Source of the DNA: Squalus acanthias
Lineage: Eukaryota
Direction: 5' to 3'
Assembly: GCA_030390025.1 (NCBI GenBank)
Contig: CM059434.1
Location: forward strand, 44,020,001-44,084,000
Length of the DNA stretch: 64,000 nucleotides
A program made the translations under genes and the position numbers. A model generated the notes under the pieces. That model was not told the origin of the DNA. It saw only the letters and a program-made list of their open reading frames with translations, and did no database searches. Shown here in pieces: positions 1 through 12,441 of this stretch. Within the stretch, counting starts at the first letter, position 1. Each line of letters starts with the position of its first letter.

Positions 1-94
1 AAATTGTATACCAGCATGAGTCAGCACCTCCATGAGAGGATTTAAGAGTATAGAAGTGAGTGAGCACACATAAAAAAATGTATCTGGATTGGTT

Positions 95-990
95 TTATAT
101 ACTGGTAGATTTCCCATGGTGTTGCACACAGTAAATAAAGTGCTAAACTCTTTTACAAGGGTAGAAGTGTTATACCATGTAATCCACAAGTTATCATTCT
201 GTCAAGGTGCAACAGAGACCTTTTAAGGCTACAGAGCCTAATTATTGTTAAGTAAACAGAGACACACGTTATTCAGATTTTAATTGGTGTTTGTCCAGGA
301 AACTTTGCAGATCATAATGTGCTTGTCAGGTTCAGGCTGCATGTGAGAAGTACACATCAGAAGCACCTGGTTTATCAAGATTGTTTTGTGTCTGTAACAA
401 TGTATGACGTCTGGTGTGTAACATCTGGAGTGTGACGTCCAGAGTGTGAGCTTTGCATACTGTGTTGCCATTTTCAATATATTACTAGCCAGTCTCCCAT
501 GGTGTTGCTCACAGCTGGGCAGATGAGGTGCTGCGTTATGAGAGCCGCTTTGTGCCATGCAATACTCAACGTAATATTTTGATAAAGTAGAGCCCTTGTC
601 TCCTTAAGGCAACAAAGTCTGATTGTTGTTAAGTAAACACACGCTCAGGTCACTTAGAGTTCAATTGTTGTTCAGTCAGCAAATTTGCTAATTGTAAAGT
701 GCCTGTTAGTTTTGGGTCCAGGTCAGGAGCACCCAGCATTCAGTAACTGGCGTTTTGTCTCTTCTTTTCAGATTGGCTGTTTTGTATATGTAACAGAGTG
801 TGACACTTGGTACACACTGCTGTACTGTTTCTAATATATTACTAGTGGATCTCCTGTGGTATTGGTCATGGTAAATTAGATGATACGCTGTTTAAACTGA
901 CATTACTATTATACCATGTCACACACAATGTATTCTGCTGTGTTTTAAGCTGGTTTGTCCCTTTAAGGGTTACACTTACAGTTATTGCTT
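95..990. repeat. Old degenerate tandem triplication, period about 360-380 bp
   Basis: An anchor recurs three times: tatactggtagatttcccatggtgttgc (~98), tattactagccagtctcccatggtgttgc (~480), tattactagtggatctcctgtggtattgg (~838). ttgttaagtaaaca also recurs at ~245 and ~626. Confidence 0.65.
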
Positions 991-1507
991 TGGCTTCCTT
1001 CCCTTCTGACCAATGTCACAAGTCATCCTCCTGACTAAGAGTGCAGGCAGTAACCAAGTTTGAGGCCACTGGGAATGTCACTCTTCATTCAACACAAACA
1101 CTTCCTCACCACCCGACAAACCACCTGAGATCAGGAACTCACTTGTGAGAAATGATGACTGCCGATCCACATCTTATCAGTCACTGAACTGACATAACCA
1201 TTGGATTTCGGGTTTTTTTTTTAAGTGAAAATGAGCATGCGTACGTTGAAGTAACAGTTAGAAAGCTGAATCTATGAAACTGACTTGAAATTGACATATA
1301 CAAAATCGACACATGCTCAGAAAAGTAACAGTGCAGCTTAAAGCAAATTAAGTTCTGTGTCAATATATGCACAGGGGACACCAAGCAGCCCACATCCTCC
1401 TCCACCACCGCCCGCCCCCTCCCCCCCCTAACCCCCACTGCCACCATTCTATTTCATCTTCTATCGCCAGTAATAAATGTAAATAAAAGAAATTGGCCAG
1501 TGCTCTA

Positions 1508-1567
1508 CGGTAAAGGTTAATTACACATTGGTAAAGGTTAATTACACAACGGTAAAGGTTAATTACG
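1508..1567. repeat. 21-bp tandem repeat x3 (ggtaaaggttaattacac..)
   Basis: Three near-perfect copies read directly. Confidence 0.9.
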
Positions 1568-2063
1568 GTGCTTTTATTTTACGAGTGTGAAACACCCGTA
1601 ACTGACAGGTGATGAAATCATGCACAATGTCTTTCTGAGTGATCTAACCCCAGCAATCAGCTCCTAATGATGTCAGTTTGAGTTTGCCGTGTGTCACTTT
1701 GTGACTCTCTGCTGTTTGAAACATGGCACCATGCTGGTTTGAAATGAACAAGCCATTACTTGGCCCTGGATACAATGCAGCTAAGGCATTGCTTTGTGTG
1801 CATGGCACATCATTTTTGAGTTACACTGTGGTGAATCTTATATGGTGAAAATATCACCCTGGGCCAGAGGATATAGTCACGTCTTAAGAAACTAATCACT
1901 TTGATCAAGAATGCATTCCCAAACTGGTGAGGGGTTGGATTTTAAGTGTTGTAGGAGCCTTGTTGTGTGGTAAATTATCTTGCAAGTTTAAAGTGGAGTG
2001 ATATGACTGATGGCACAAATGACATAATCCTATCATTACTGTATCTCCTCAGAAAACATCTTG

Positions 2064-2210
2064 GGGGTAATTTTGACTTTAGGCGATAGTGTAAAACAGG
2101 AGATATGGGATCAGCCGCTCGTTATACACTATCTGTGGAGAGGTGCATAACGGGTGGCTGATCCGGTATCGCCCATTTTACACTATCGCCTAAAGTCAAA
2201 ATTACACCCC
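2064..2210. mobile_element. Palindromic PIF/Harbinger-type MITE
   Basis: Arms ggggtaattttgactttaggcgatagtgtaaaa... / ...ttttacactatcgcctaaagtcaaaattacacccc; flanked by a 3-bp TTG duplication. Confidence 0.85.
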
Positions 2211-2548
2211 TTGAATCTAACATAAAACCGTGTTACGCAAGTATTTCCTGGTAGCCCATGTTGGCAGGTGTTGGAGTCGAGTATTCAGAATAGGTTATTC
2301 CTGGCTCCTCCTGAAACCCATTTGAAAACAAGCCTGTAAACCCACTGTATTCATCAGATCACTTTAACCAAAGAGACAGCAGAAGGGAGAAGACTTCTTT
2401 CACTGAGAGCAAACTGCTAGTTATGTAGATGAACTATATTTTAACATTGGTGCAGTAACAGTATGTTGTTTGTTTCTCTTATTTCACTTTTGTGGTGTTA
2501 ATGTAGAGAAACAAACCCCTTTAGACTATTCTACTGCATGTGAACAGA

Positions 2549-3250
2549 GGCCTAAAAATTTGGTTGCTTTGCGCCTCCCGTTAGCGCCCTAAGAGGCCAC
2601 TAACAGGGTGCAAAGCAACTAGCGCCTCCGGCCGCGGCGCCGCCAACGCCTCCCGCAAAATTCAGCGGGAGGTTAGTGGCAGCTGTAACCATTAGCACCC
2701 CGCAGCGTTGCGCCGCTGGCGATGTCATTGCCGTGTGCAGCGTCCCGCTCGTGCCCCCTGACTTACCGCCGGACGCTATGTCCGATGGGGTCAGGGGGGC
2801 CTACCTGCGGCTGGGGCGGTGCTAATTAAAGGGGAGGTGCCAGGCGGCCATTTTTGTTGCTGGCCGCCTGCCAGCACCTGCCCCCATTGCCGTCCCCGGC
2901 CTCCTGACCAGTCCCCCGTGGAGTGCCGGCTGCGCTCCGTGAGCCCGGCACTTCTCGAGTGCCGGGCTCTTTTGCCGGCACTCCAATCCCTGGTGGCCCA
3001 GCTGGGCCCCGGGTTGCGCTGCGCAAGGCTCCTCCCCTTTAAGAAGGGGAGGAAGGCCCGCAGTACCATGGTGCGACGTGCCGCAGCGCCGCGATATTCA
3101 CTCGCAGCGCCCCAAGAGTGAGGCGGGGTGCTTCCAGTAGCACCCCGCTTCCCTCTTGGGGCGCTACCAATGAATTTCGGCCGCGGGGGGTGCTAATTTT
3201 TTCGGGGCGAAGTTAGCGCCCTAAAAGGGGCGCGACTCAATTTTTCCCCC
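2549..3250 (+). mobile_element. GC/CpG-rich Harbinger-type non-autonomous element, copy A
   Basis: Termini ggcctaaaaatt...aatttttccccc. Near-identical copy at 9044; related inverted end at 27430-27516. Confidence 0.8.
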
Positions 3251-3589
3251 TAAAAGTCACAGAACCAATACCAATGTAGTCCTGATGGACATATAAATAG
3301 GGGGTGGGAAGAGCTCTTACCGAAGCAAAAATATTAAAAAAAATAATTCCCAGTGAATTCTCCAGCCCATTCAATGAGTAGGGAGCTTCTGTCAGTACAA
3401 AAGATAAAAGCACAATAATCTGCACCAAGTGATGCTAATAGGAATATATTGATGGTTATGTTCTTGAGATTTCTACCCCTTTTTCCTAAGATATTTTCCT
3501 TCTCCTCCTCTAGCTTCTCTTAATTCCCAGGCCCATTCCCAAGCATTTATTTTATTATCACTCCATTGGCAGTGCATGAGCAATCTTAA

Positions 3590-3764
3590 GGGATGAAATT
3601 GTTCTGTTATATTTGTAACAATGCGTTCATAGGAAATTCCTTTGTATCTTATTGTAAAGTATGTGTTAACCCATTTACTTTAAATGGGTTAATGAATGCA
3701 TCAAAATAGCACAGAAAGGAACTTCACACCAATGCAGTAACATGTTCATTGATCAATTTGCCCC
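3590..3764. mobile_element. Old palindromic MITE
   Basis: Ends gggatgaaattg...caatttgcccc; central palindrome ttaacccattta-c-tttaaatgggttaa. Confidence 0.55.
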
Positions 3765-4744
3765 ATAAAGATCCTCAGATTTTACCTCTGGGAAGCACCT
3801 CACAATCAGTTTGACAGCTTTTGCTCTCCCCGCACCCCCCCAACAATTTTCATCTCCGCCCCAAGACAGATGCAGCAGTTGGCTGAACTCATTTTATTGG
3901 AGAATCATGAGGAACAACCTTACATAACATCACTCCATGGTCCACTGTCCAAGTAGACTGATTTACTCTCCTAATTAATAAGGGATCAATGACCCCCTAG
4001 TCCTAAAATGACGGAAAACATCTGCTTATATCGGCATTGGTATTATTACTCAGTTCCTAATTCAGAGCTGAAGAGAATTTTACATAGGCAGCATTTTCAG
4101 TAACAACAGGAGCACAGTACTGTACCTAAAAGCCACAATAGGTTGGCAGTGTTTAAAGGATGAAGGAAACCATTGTTTATTATGATTTGTTTAAAGTGAG
4201 AGATGGAATTAATCCCCCCTCCCCAAACTTTACACAGCGAGAGAAACTCAACCACGTCATCATTTTCTGCATGTTGTCTTTACCCACTCAGAAGGAGACC
4301 GCACCTGAGCTCATACACAAACACCAATTGAATTAAAACTGTGCCACACACATGTAACCTTCAAAAAAAACAAGGAAAGGGTCAAGATAAATTGAGCTCA
4401 ACCAGTCTTCAAGAGAATTTAAAAAAAAAGTCATTTTCCAGCCTGTGGATAAAAAGACTTGATTCATATTATTGACTGTCAAAATTACAATGTTAGGCTT
4501 GTGCTGGGTCTGTTAACAGAATATTGTTATGAAAAGGCCACATCTGCTTCATATTTGATGTTGAAATGTCCGATGTTTGTCATTTAAAGAGAAAATTATC
4601 ATTTTTAGTTAATCCGCACCGTGTCCACCTAGTGTTTTAATTTACAGAGCTTGTAGTTTGGAGACACCCATAGCCTATTCCTTGGTTGGCACCATCGCAA
4701 CATACATTATATCATAGTTCTAAAATTTCTGAGGACTTAGCATA

Positions 4745-4845
4745 GAGGAGCGGGAATCCTGGCTGATTTTTCACTCTTCCCTAGCCCAAGAATCTGGGCC
4801 AACTGTAATACCAGCTAACAGCACAGACCAGAGATTGAACCATGG
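4745..4845 (-). mobile_element. tRNA-type SINE family B (AmnSINE2/UCON3-like) fragment
   Basis: ggagcgggaatcctggctgatttttcactcttccctagccca...agcacagaccagagattgaacc matches other copies in the window in reverse complement. Confidence 0.65.
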
Positions 4846-6055
4846 TGAGAGAGATGAGGCATACCAGCCTGCAGAAGGACACAACTGGGCACCACCAGAG
4901 TCAGCTTCCAGGCAAGGGAGGTGGCCTGGACCCCTGAAAAACAAGTCAATCTGGGGGGATTTTTTGAGAAAAAAAATGGGACTGTTTCCTTTCCACGGGG
5001 AGTTCAAGGAGGGCTCCATGGGGTCTTGGGGGTGGGGAATTATCGGTACCTCTCTCCACACCCTCCTTCTCCGATGGCAGCCAGGCACTGGATTTTCTGG
5101 CCGCAAGAGACTGGCGGATGCCAGAGGTGCACCATAGTAGCGCAGGTGCCCACCAGCTCCATGCAGCTGAGATGCCTTTCCACTGACTCCGCACGCTCCA
5201 ATGTGGTCAGTGCTGGAGGGCACGGGCGGGCACAATCCTGGCATAACTGCAAGGATGACACTCCACAGAACTTTGGGGTCACTTTGTGTTTCTTTTTTTA
5301 AGATTAAAAATCTATCCACTGTGAAGTATAACAGTGCTTAATATTAAACAGAATTCAAAAATGTAAAAATTCCAGCGAATCATGCCTCTGAGCCCCCTAG
5401 AAATGAACCAATTTTTCACCATCAGCATTTGTATTTCCCCTTCAGCCTTCCATGTACTTATGTTTTTATCCCCTCCAATTCAACTGATGGGATGTTGGGT
5501 GTGCCTGCAGCTTAAGTTACGAGCCTATGTAACTACTTGTTTTCACATGTCATAGGTGCATCATCAGGGCCATTCTGGGGTTGTCAGTTTCATCAGGGGG
5601 CAGTGTCAGCTTTCTTAAAGCTGTTGGTCAGCCTTTGCTCATTTTCCAGGTTGGCATGTATGCTATCCACTGATAGATCAATAATCTCACAAAGCTGAAG
5701 ACCACCCCATAAACAACCTGGTGCAAGAGTCTCTCTCAATCACCTGGTAACACAGACATACCCTCTCCCCCCACCCCCCTCCCTTTCCCCCGACAGGTAT
5801 CAACAAGAGTCAGAGTTTAAATAAACAGGTGTAAACGAGTAACCAGTTAGCCGCTAAATATTATGCACTTACCGGAAGTAAAACATAGAAAAAATCCTGT
5901 TGTTTAATGTCTTAATATTTTTATTATGGTGAAATATTTCTAAAATGTGAATGGTTTCATACTGTATTTGGTATTCTAAATATGTATTTTGGTGAAATAT
6001 AGAAATCAATGAAGTACTAGAGAGATTAGTGTACAAGATAGTCAAATGACTCAAT

Positions 6056-6591
6056 GGGGTAAATTTTAACTTAATTTGGCAAGTAGTTTTCCCACCCTCG
6101 TTTAAATGCCTCCGGTCCACATCCTGCATGAAACAGGCATGAAGAGGACAAAGAGCGGCGACCGGCAGTTGAAGATCGGGTGGCCTTAGCCGCCCACCAG
6201 CTTGCAGGTAAGTGGCAGTGTAGGAGATTTCGGGAGGGTCACGCTGTAGGGAAGGGGAATCCGGGAAAGGGGAGGCTGCAACTTTCTTTGTGGGGGCGGG
6301 AGGATCTTTCCTGCTCCTCTTGGCCCCACAAAGGAAAGTTTTAGACTTACCACATGGGCTTCTTCTGTCTTCAGACCAGCTGCAGGCCTGCTTCTGCCAA
6401 GTGGGAAAGCTATGGGAGCTTCCCCACACAGGACCCGGTTAAAATTACATCAGGGTCCTATTGACATAATAGGATGCCGATTTGCAAACATTTATAAGGA
6501 GCCCGCCTGCAGGTTGGGACCTGAGCGGGTAAGTAACTAGCTTGTTTTTAACTGCCTAGTTTTCACTAGGCGGGTAAGACGAAAATTGACC
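6056..6591. mobile_element. Harbinger-type MITE abutting or inserted in a SINE head
   Basis: Termini ggggtaaattttaac...aaaattgacc; GC-rich interior. Confidence 0.65.
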
Positions 6592-7255
6592 ATACAGATC
6601 AGGAAATTTCCAGGTTCAATTCCTGGTCTGTGTTCAGTTGGCTGCCTCAACCAGGGTAATAATAAGGAGCCCATAATTGGCCCACGTCTCCTGGAGCTAG
6701 GGAGGGGGACAAAGCAGCCAAGGGATCTATTTCTGAACACTATGCAGTGCCTCCCAAGCTGGCAAACTCATATATGTGCATGCCATGTGAGGATAGGATC
6801 AGGATCGTTTGTGGTGCCACCATCCCCCTCCTCGCCCTCCGCCACCCCCCCACTCCCTACATCAATAGGATTGTAAACCCTCCAGGATTGTCCTGGAGTT
6901 CCAAGAGCTAAAGATTAATCTCCTGGAGAATCCTATGAGCAACCCAAGAGAAAGATCATAGGGCATTAAAAAAAAAGTGATTTTTCATTTTCTTTCAACA
7001 CTGTTGTTGATGAGCGGTACAAATATTGGAGAAGGGGATAAAAGGCTGTTTGACTGAGTGGGGCGGTTGGAGGCGGGAGGTCATTTGATGAAACCTCCAA
7101 GAATACGCCAACCAGAGTTGGCAACCCTGCCAATCAAACACGCACTGTCTGGATCACACATGAATAATATCCACATGGGCAAGGTACTGGAGGACTGCCA
7201 GTCCTCATAGAACCATATCCTAGCATGAGTCAGCACCTTCAAGTTAAGAGGGTGC
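6592..7255 (+). mobile_element. SINE family B copy, split by a DNA transposon
   Basis: Head catacagatcaggaaatttccaggttcaattcctggtctgtg (B-box-like); tail gcatgagtcagcaccttcaag. Confidence 0.75.
6866..7129. mobile_element. Non-autonomous DNA transposon with TAGGGTTGCCAAC-type TIRs (probably hAT)
   Basis: Ends taggattgtaaacc...gttggcaaccctg; degenerate 8-bp flanks tacatcaa/ccaatcaa; interrupts a SINE. Confidence 0.7.
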
Positions 7256-8489
7256 AACAAAAAGTACAATACATTCTTGAATTTTTTTTTAAAACAAGGC
7301 TTAGTTTTCCTTGAAAACCATTGTCTGAGTTAGTGGAGAGGGAACATGTTCTGAAGATCAGAGTGAGACTGGATACTAAAATTCTGAGGTACTTGATGTG
7401 CAGTTAACTGACAGGACCGCACATTCTGAAAGCTGAGAAAAGTCTTTCGGTGCTGAATGGGTTAACAGAGATAGAGATTCAGTTTGAAGGGCTGTACAAA
7501 GGAGGTCCAACACACTTGTGAATAAAGAACGCTGCTGAATTCTGCAGTACCAGTGCCATCGTCTTCAATCGAATCCACTTGAAACACAGAGAGGACTGTG
7601 TGACAAGTATGAGGTAAGCAAAAGAGAATGTCGGGTAGGTCTGATGCACAGTATTCTGTCTATAAAGACCAAAAAAAAAAGAATGACTGTACTGTCTCTT
7701 TAATAATAAAATTAGGCAAGATCTTCAAACAAGTGTACACTACATACAGCAGCATTTTACTGCAGAGGATGCACATGATTTAAACTAGTAGTTATGAGTG
7801 TTTGTAGTGTACCACAAAATTGATCTAATTACACCCTAAAATGAAAGCAGGGGAAAGCTATACCTAAAACAAATCTAGCATAAAGCTGCCTTTGTAATAC
7901 AATGCGCCTCTTTATTGTTCTACAAAAAGGAAAACTTTGTCAGTACCCATAAGACAATTCTTGCTAATAGTGGCAGAGACAAGAGGGATCCATAAGCATA
8001 TCACATGTCCCATTAAGGGAAACAAGGCTATTACAAGGGAGAACACAATTGATGGGGGAATAATGAAACAAAACTCACCCAGTTCAGCCATGTAAAGCAA
8101 TACTCTTTTCAAGACAAGCTTTGTATTTTCTCTCATCATCCATTCAATGTATTCAAAGTGTGCATATATTGGACATTTGAGTAGTGGAAATATTAGTTAT
8201 ACATATTTAAACCTTCCCTCCCAAGGTACGTCAGTGTGTTGTATAAATCAGTTCAGTTTAAAAGGGACTCACTTCATGTTTTTTTTAATATTCACCCTGA
8301 AAACAATCCACAGCCTCACTTGTTCAATAGTCAGAGGTAGTTAAACCTTGGTACACTTGGAAAACACAATTATACATTGGCTTAAGAAAGGAACATAATA
8401 AAAGCTGGTCAAGTGCCAGACCATAGTGAGGACTGTGTGGTTGCTAAGCTACTAATTCCATAACAGGCCAATCAGTGCGCTAAATTAAC

Positions 8490-8830
8490 AATGTCACAAT
8501 AAGCCATTCCTTGTTGCTAAGCCAAGCCAGTGATGTCAGTGTAAGCTAGTTTGTGTTGCTATGTCACTATAAACCATTTCTTGTTGCTATGTTTGTGATG
8601 TCATAATAGGCCACTTCTTGTTTGCGAAGTCAGTGGCATCACAACAGGCCATTTCTTGTTACTATGTCAGTGACATCACATTAGGCCGCTCCTTGTTACT
8701 GTATCAGTGATCTCACAACAGGTAATTCCTTGTTGCAGTCATTGATGTCACAATTGGAAATTTCTTCTTACTATGTCAGCAAAATCACAATTGCTAACCT
8801 TTGCTACGAAGCCAAATATATCACAACATA
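8490..8830. repeat. About 37-bp degenerate minisatellite (gtcagtgacatcacaataggccatttcttgttgctat), ~9 units
   Basis: Units are read directly, clearest at 8629-8750. Confidence 0.85.
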
Positions 8831-8958
8831 CAAAGAAATGTATAGATTAACAGAGTCATCTTACCAGGGAGCTATTGGCAAGTTGTTGCTCTGAAAACTC
8901 CACAGCACCCAGCGTGATATTGGGCCTGTGTCTAGCCGACACTGCGACAGACACAATT

Positions 8959-9031
8959 GGGGTAAAATTCAACACAGCGGGGTTGCAAAATGGGTGGTAG
9001 CAGACCGGCTGCCCATTAAAATTTTACCCTC
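8959..9031. mobile_element. Short Harbinger-type MITE remnant
   Basis: Inverted ends ggggtaaaatt...aattttaccctc. Confidence 0.55.
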
Positions 9032-9043
9032 AATATAGTAATT

Positions 9044-9756
9044 GGCCTAAAAATTTGGTGGCTTTGCGCCTCCCGTTAGCGCCCTAGGAGGGCGCTAGCG
9101 GGGCGCAAAGCAACTAGCGCCTGGGCGCAACGCCAACGCTTCCCACGAAATTCAGCGGGAGGTTAGCGGTGGCAGTAACCGTTAGAGTTCCGCGGCACTG
9201 CGCCGCCGGCGATGACATCGTCGCCGTGCACAGCGCCCCGCTCGCGCCCCGGCCACAATCTTCGGTAGCGCCCCCTGACTTACCGCCGGACGCTATGTCC
9301 GACGGGGTCAGGGGGGCCTACCTGTGGCTGGGGCGGCGCAAATTAAAGGGGAGGTGCTGGGCAGCCATTTTTGTTGCTGGCCACCTGCCAGCACCTGCCC
9401 CCACTGCCGTCCCCGGCCTCCTCTGCAGCCCCCCTGTGGAGTGCCGGCTGCGCTCTGTGAGCCCGGCACTACTCTTGAGTGCCGGGCTCTTTTGCCGGCA
9501 CTCCAATCCCTGGTGGCCCAGCTGGGCCCTGGGTCACCCTGCGCTATGCCCCTCCCCTTTAAGAAGGGGAGGAAGGCCTGTAGTACCGTGGCGCGACGTG
9601 CTGCAGAGCGTGGCGCTGCAGCACGTAGCGCCACGATATTCCCTTGCAGCGCCCCAAGAGGGAGGCGGGGCGCTTCCAGTAGCACCCCACTTCCCTCTTG
9701 GGGCACTACCGGTGAATTTCGGCCGCGGAGCTGCTAATTTTTTCGGGGCGCTAAAA
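9044..9756 (+). mobile_element. GC/CpG-rich Harbinger-type element, copy B (right TIR lost)
   Basis: Colinear and highly similar to 2549-3250; similarity stops after ttcggggcg..ctaaaag. Confidence 0.85.
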
Positions 9757-9919
9757 GTAGCAATCTCTTTGTATAAAACTGGTTACATATTTTGCAAGGA
9801 TTTAACCATGCGACTCTCTCTTTATATGAAATCTCCTATGGTTATTGCTGCAGGGCATTAGATACACAGACACACACACACTCATAGGCAAAAGTGTGAT
9901 CCATTCCAACAGGTATTTT

Positions 9920-10103
9920 GAGGGTAATTTTTACCTTTACCGCTTGGACAGTAAACTGGAGGAGTGGATCATTCGCCTGTTATAGAATCCACCTTCTTTT
10001 CATTGCCACTGAAATCAATGAAAATAAAATTGGCAGGTTCTATAAATGGCGGGTGATCTGCTCTGCCAGCTCAGTGCCCAAATGAAAATGGTGAAAATAC
10101 CCC
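9920..10103. mobile_element. Palindromic Harbinger-type MITE
   Basis: Ends gagggtaattttt...gaaaatacccc; internal arms ttatagaa/ttctataa and ttttcattg/caatgaaaa. Confidence 0.65.
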
Positions 10104-10339
10104 ATTAAAATTTACCATTGTGTCTGTGATTCCTGGGCAGGGGTGGGGGGCAGGGGCAAGTAAAAGGCTCTCTCTCTCATATGCAACAACACCACATTTT
10201 TCCGCATAATCATTCACCTCACACTCTTACTATATTAATGTACAATCAACATTATTTTCACACACAAATTTGCTCTGCACCATTTATGGTCACACCACAC
10301 AATTCCAGACAACACTCAGACCATGCACATTTACTTACA

Positions 10340-10475
10340 TAAGCTCACTAACATCCTCACTTACACACGCACACATTAACACTCGCATACACACAAACAT
10401 GCAAGCATGTACGTACAGTCAGCCACTCCTCATATGCATGCATATGCACTCACGCAGTTCATTCGCACACATGTA
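10340..10475. repeat. Degenerate (CA)-rich microsatellite
   Basis: cacacgcacac...gcacacatg low-complexity tract. Confidence 0.6.
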
Positions 10476-11689
10476 AAAATTGGCTATTTCAAATCACATT
10501 AAATTTAATTCCCAATACCCCAATGACCACTAGTCAGAGTCTGCTGTTGGGTGTACGCAGAGCGCAGCACACTGTTTACATTAGCAACATACTCTTGCCA
10601 AAACTAAAAAAAAAGGATTAATCAATTTTTACCTGCATGCTCTTTATGAGACAATAAAAGATATAGCAATCATGGGCTCGCCGATTAAATCCCATTGGAG
10701 CAGTTAGGGCTCTCAAACCATTGTAAAATCTCCAACTGGATAGCTGTAAAAAATATATGCAAGGATCTTTCAAAGTTCTACAGCCTGGTCTGGTCTATAG
10801 AACTAAAATCAATAGTGGAGTTGAAGCATTTTTAATGAGCCCTCCATGGTAGATGCGTAACACACATATTGCATTTGTCACTGAAACAGTTAAACCTGTG
10901 TAAGACGCCTTTCAAACATAAACTCAAACATGACATTTTTCATGAGGCAGCTCCTATTTCCATAATGCCCTTCATTGTCAACCGCTTGTCTAGTGAGATA
11001 TTTGTGTTGCTGTGCAAGAAAACAAACGCTTTTTCTTCCTGCCTGCATTTTTTCCCATTTAAGCTGTGCACCCTATACCCCTTCCACCCCCCCCCCCCCG
11101 CCACTCCCCAACGCCCTGCCGTTTCTCTAAACAGCTGGAGCAGGTCCAGCTGGGCAACATGTGCGGCCAGGTCAGTCTGCTACTCCCAGGGACCTTTCAC
11201 TGGAGTCTTGAATCATGCTTTGCAAACTAGTGGGGGGGGGGGGCGGTGGAGATGGGAACTCAAAGCCCACAAAAAGGATGTGGTTAGAATGCAATTTTTC
11301 CACATCTTTTTCGGTTGTATTTCATAAATTAGCATTCCAGCTCTATGTGATATAAGGTTGCATTTAGTCTATATGTACAGACGGTCTGACTTTTTTTTCA
11401 GTTTAACAGGAGGAACTATTAATAATGCTCATGTACTATTTTGATTTTCTCCCGTCAGGCTTCATCATAACATAAATTATAATTTTACAAAGCACAATTA
11501 TAACATAAAAGCCACTGGGATGTTTTCTATCAGCTCACTGCCCCAGAGATTCCTAGATCTATTTTTGGTGCATGGAAGATTTAATGTCCGAAATTATTTC
11601 TGTTTTGCTAAGCTTGTATTTTGTACTCAAGTACAAAAAACGTCTTGCTGTGATTGGATGGCAGTGTTACCTATCAACAATTTTCTCCT

Positions 11690-12040
11690 ATCTTATCCCC
11701 AAAATGCATGTACTCAATGGGGTTTGGTTCCACAGGGGCCAGCTGCCCTCCAGTCCCCAGCCCAGTGGCTGTTCTTATGAATGTGGTCCGTGAGCGGTGG
11801 CAGGCTGCACAAAAGGAATTACAGCCCAGCCAATCCTCTTCTCGTTTAATAGCGCAACCGGCACACTCTCCAGCAGGGGTCACTAGATCGTAATGAGGAG
11901 TGGCAACTTTGGCTTGTTTCTCTCCTTCCTAGCCCAGGGGCACTAAGCCGAATTATAGCATTCAGGGTGCTCCCCTAGCTACAGTCAGCTAAATCAGCAT
12001 GGACTGGGCACCAAATTGGCTCTTTCTGGTCCATATGAGT
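11690..12040 (-). mobile_element. SINE family B, near full-length
   Basis: ctccagcaggggtcactagatcg...cctagcccaggggcactaagccgaattatagc in reverse complement of the family. Confidence 0.75.
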
Positions 12041-12049
12041 GTCATTTTT

Positions 12050-12441
12050 ATTTAGCCAGTAGCAATCATTGTCTCTGAGAATATTATGGGTTCAAACCCC
12101 ACTCCAGGATTGGAACACATAATCTAGGCTGACACTCCAGTGCAGATCTGTGGGAGTGCTGCACTGTTAGAGTTGCCATTCTTTGGATGAGATATTAAAC
12201 TGAGGCCCCTCCTGTTCAGTTGCACTATTTTAAAAGCAGGGAGTTCTCATTCCTCCCTCAACCAACACCAAAATTAACTGGTTGTTCATCCCATTGCTGT
12301 TTGTAGGATATTGCTATGTGAAAAATAGCTCCCCCTGTTTGCCTACATAACAATAGTGACTGCTTCAAAAAGCAATTCATTGCATGTGAAGTGCTTTGGG
12401 ATGTCCTCAGTGACATGACAAGGTGTTATATAAATGCAAGT
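12050..12441 (+). mobile_element. Deu-domain SINE (SacSINE1/DeuSINE-like) with L2-type tail
   Basis: B-box gggttcaaaccccactcc; core ctttggatgagatattaaactgaggcc; tail gttatataaatgcaagt. Confidence 0.8.

Noticed and set aside
7548-7613. Plus-strand 66-nt exon candidate (cag|...gag|gtaagc)
   Set aside because: Weak polypyrimidine tract, unrecognised peptide and no supporting neighbouring exons.
8490-8830. CRISPR-like appearance of the 30-38 bp periodic arrays (also 33025 and 45781)
   Set aside because: Contiguous degenerate tandem units without unique spacers, no cas genes, and a vertebrate context.
2791-9861. Long ORFs (up to 230 aa) in the GC-rich repeats at 2791-3121 and 9169-9861
   Set aside because: Stop-poor GC-rich MITE sequence; frames differ between the two copies; no protein motif.
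12050-12130. tRNA-like B-box sequences
   Set aside because: They are SINE heads and form no cloverleaf.
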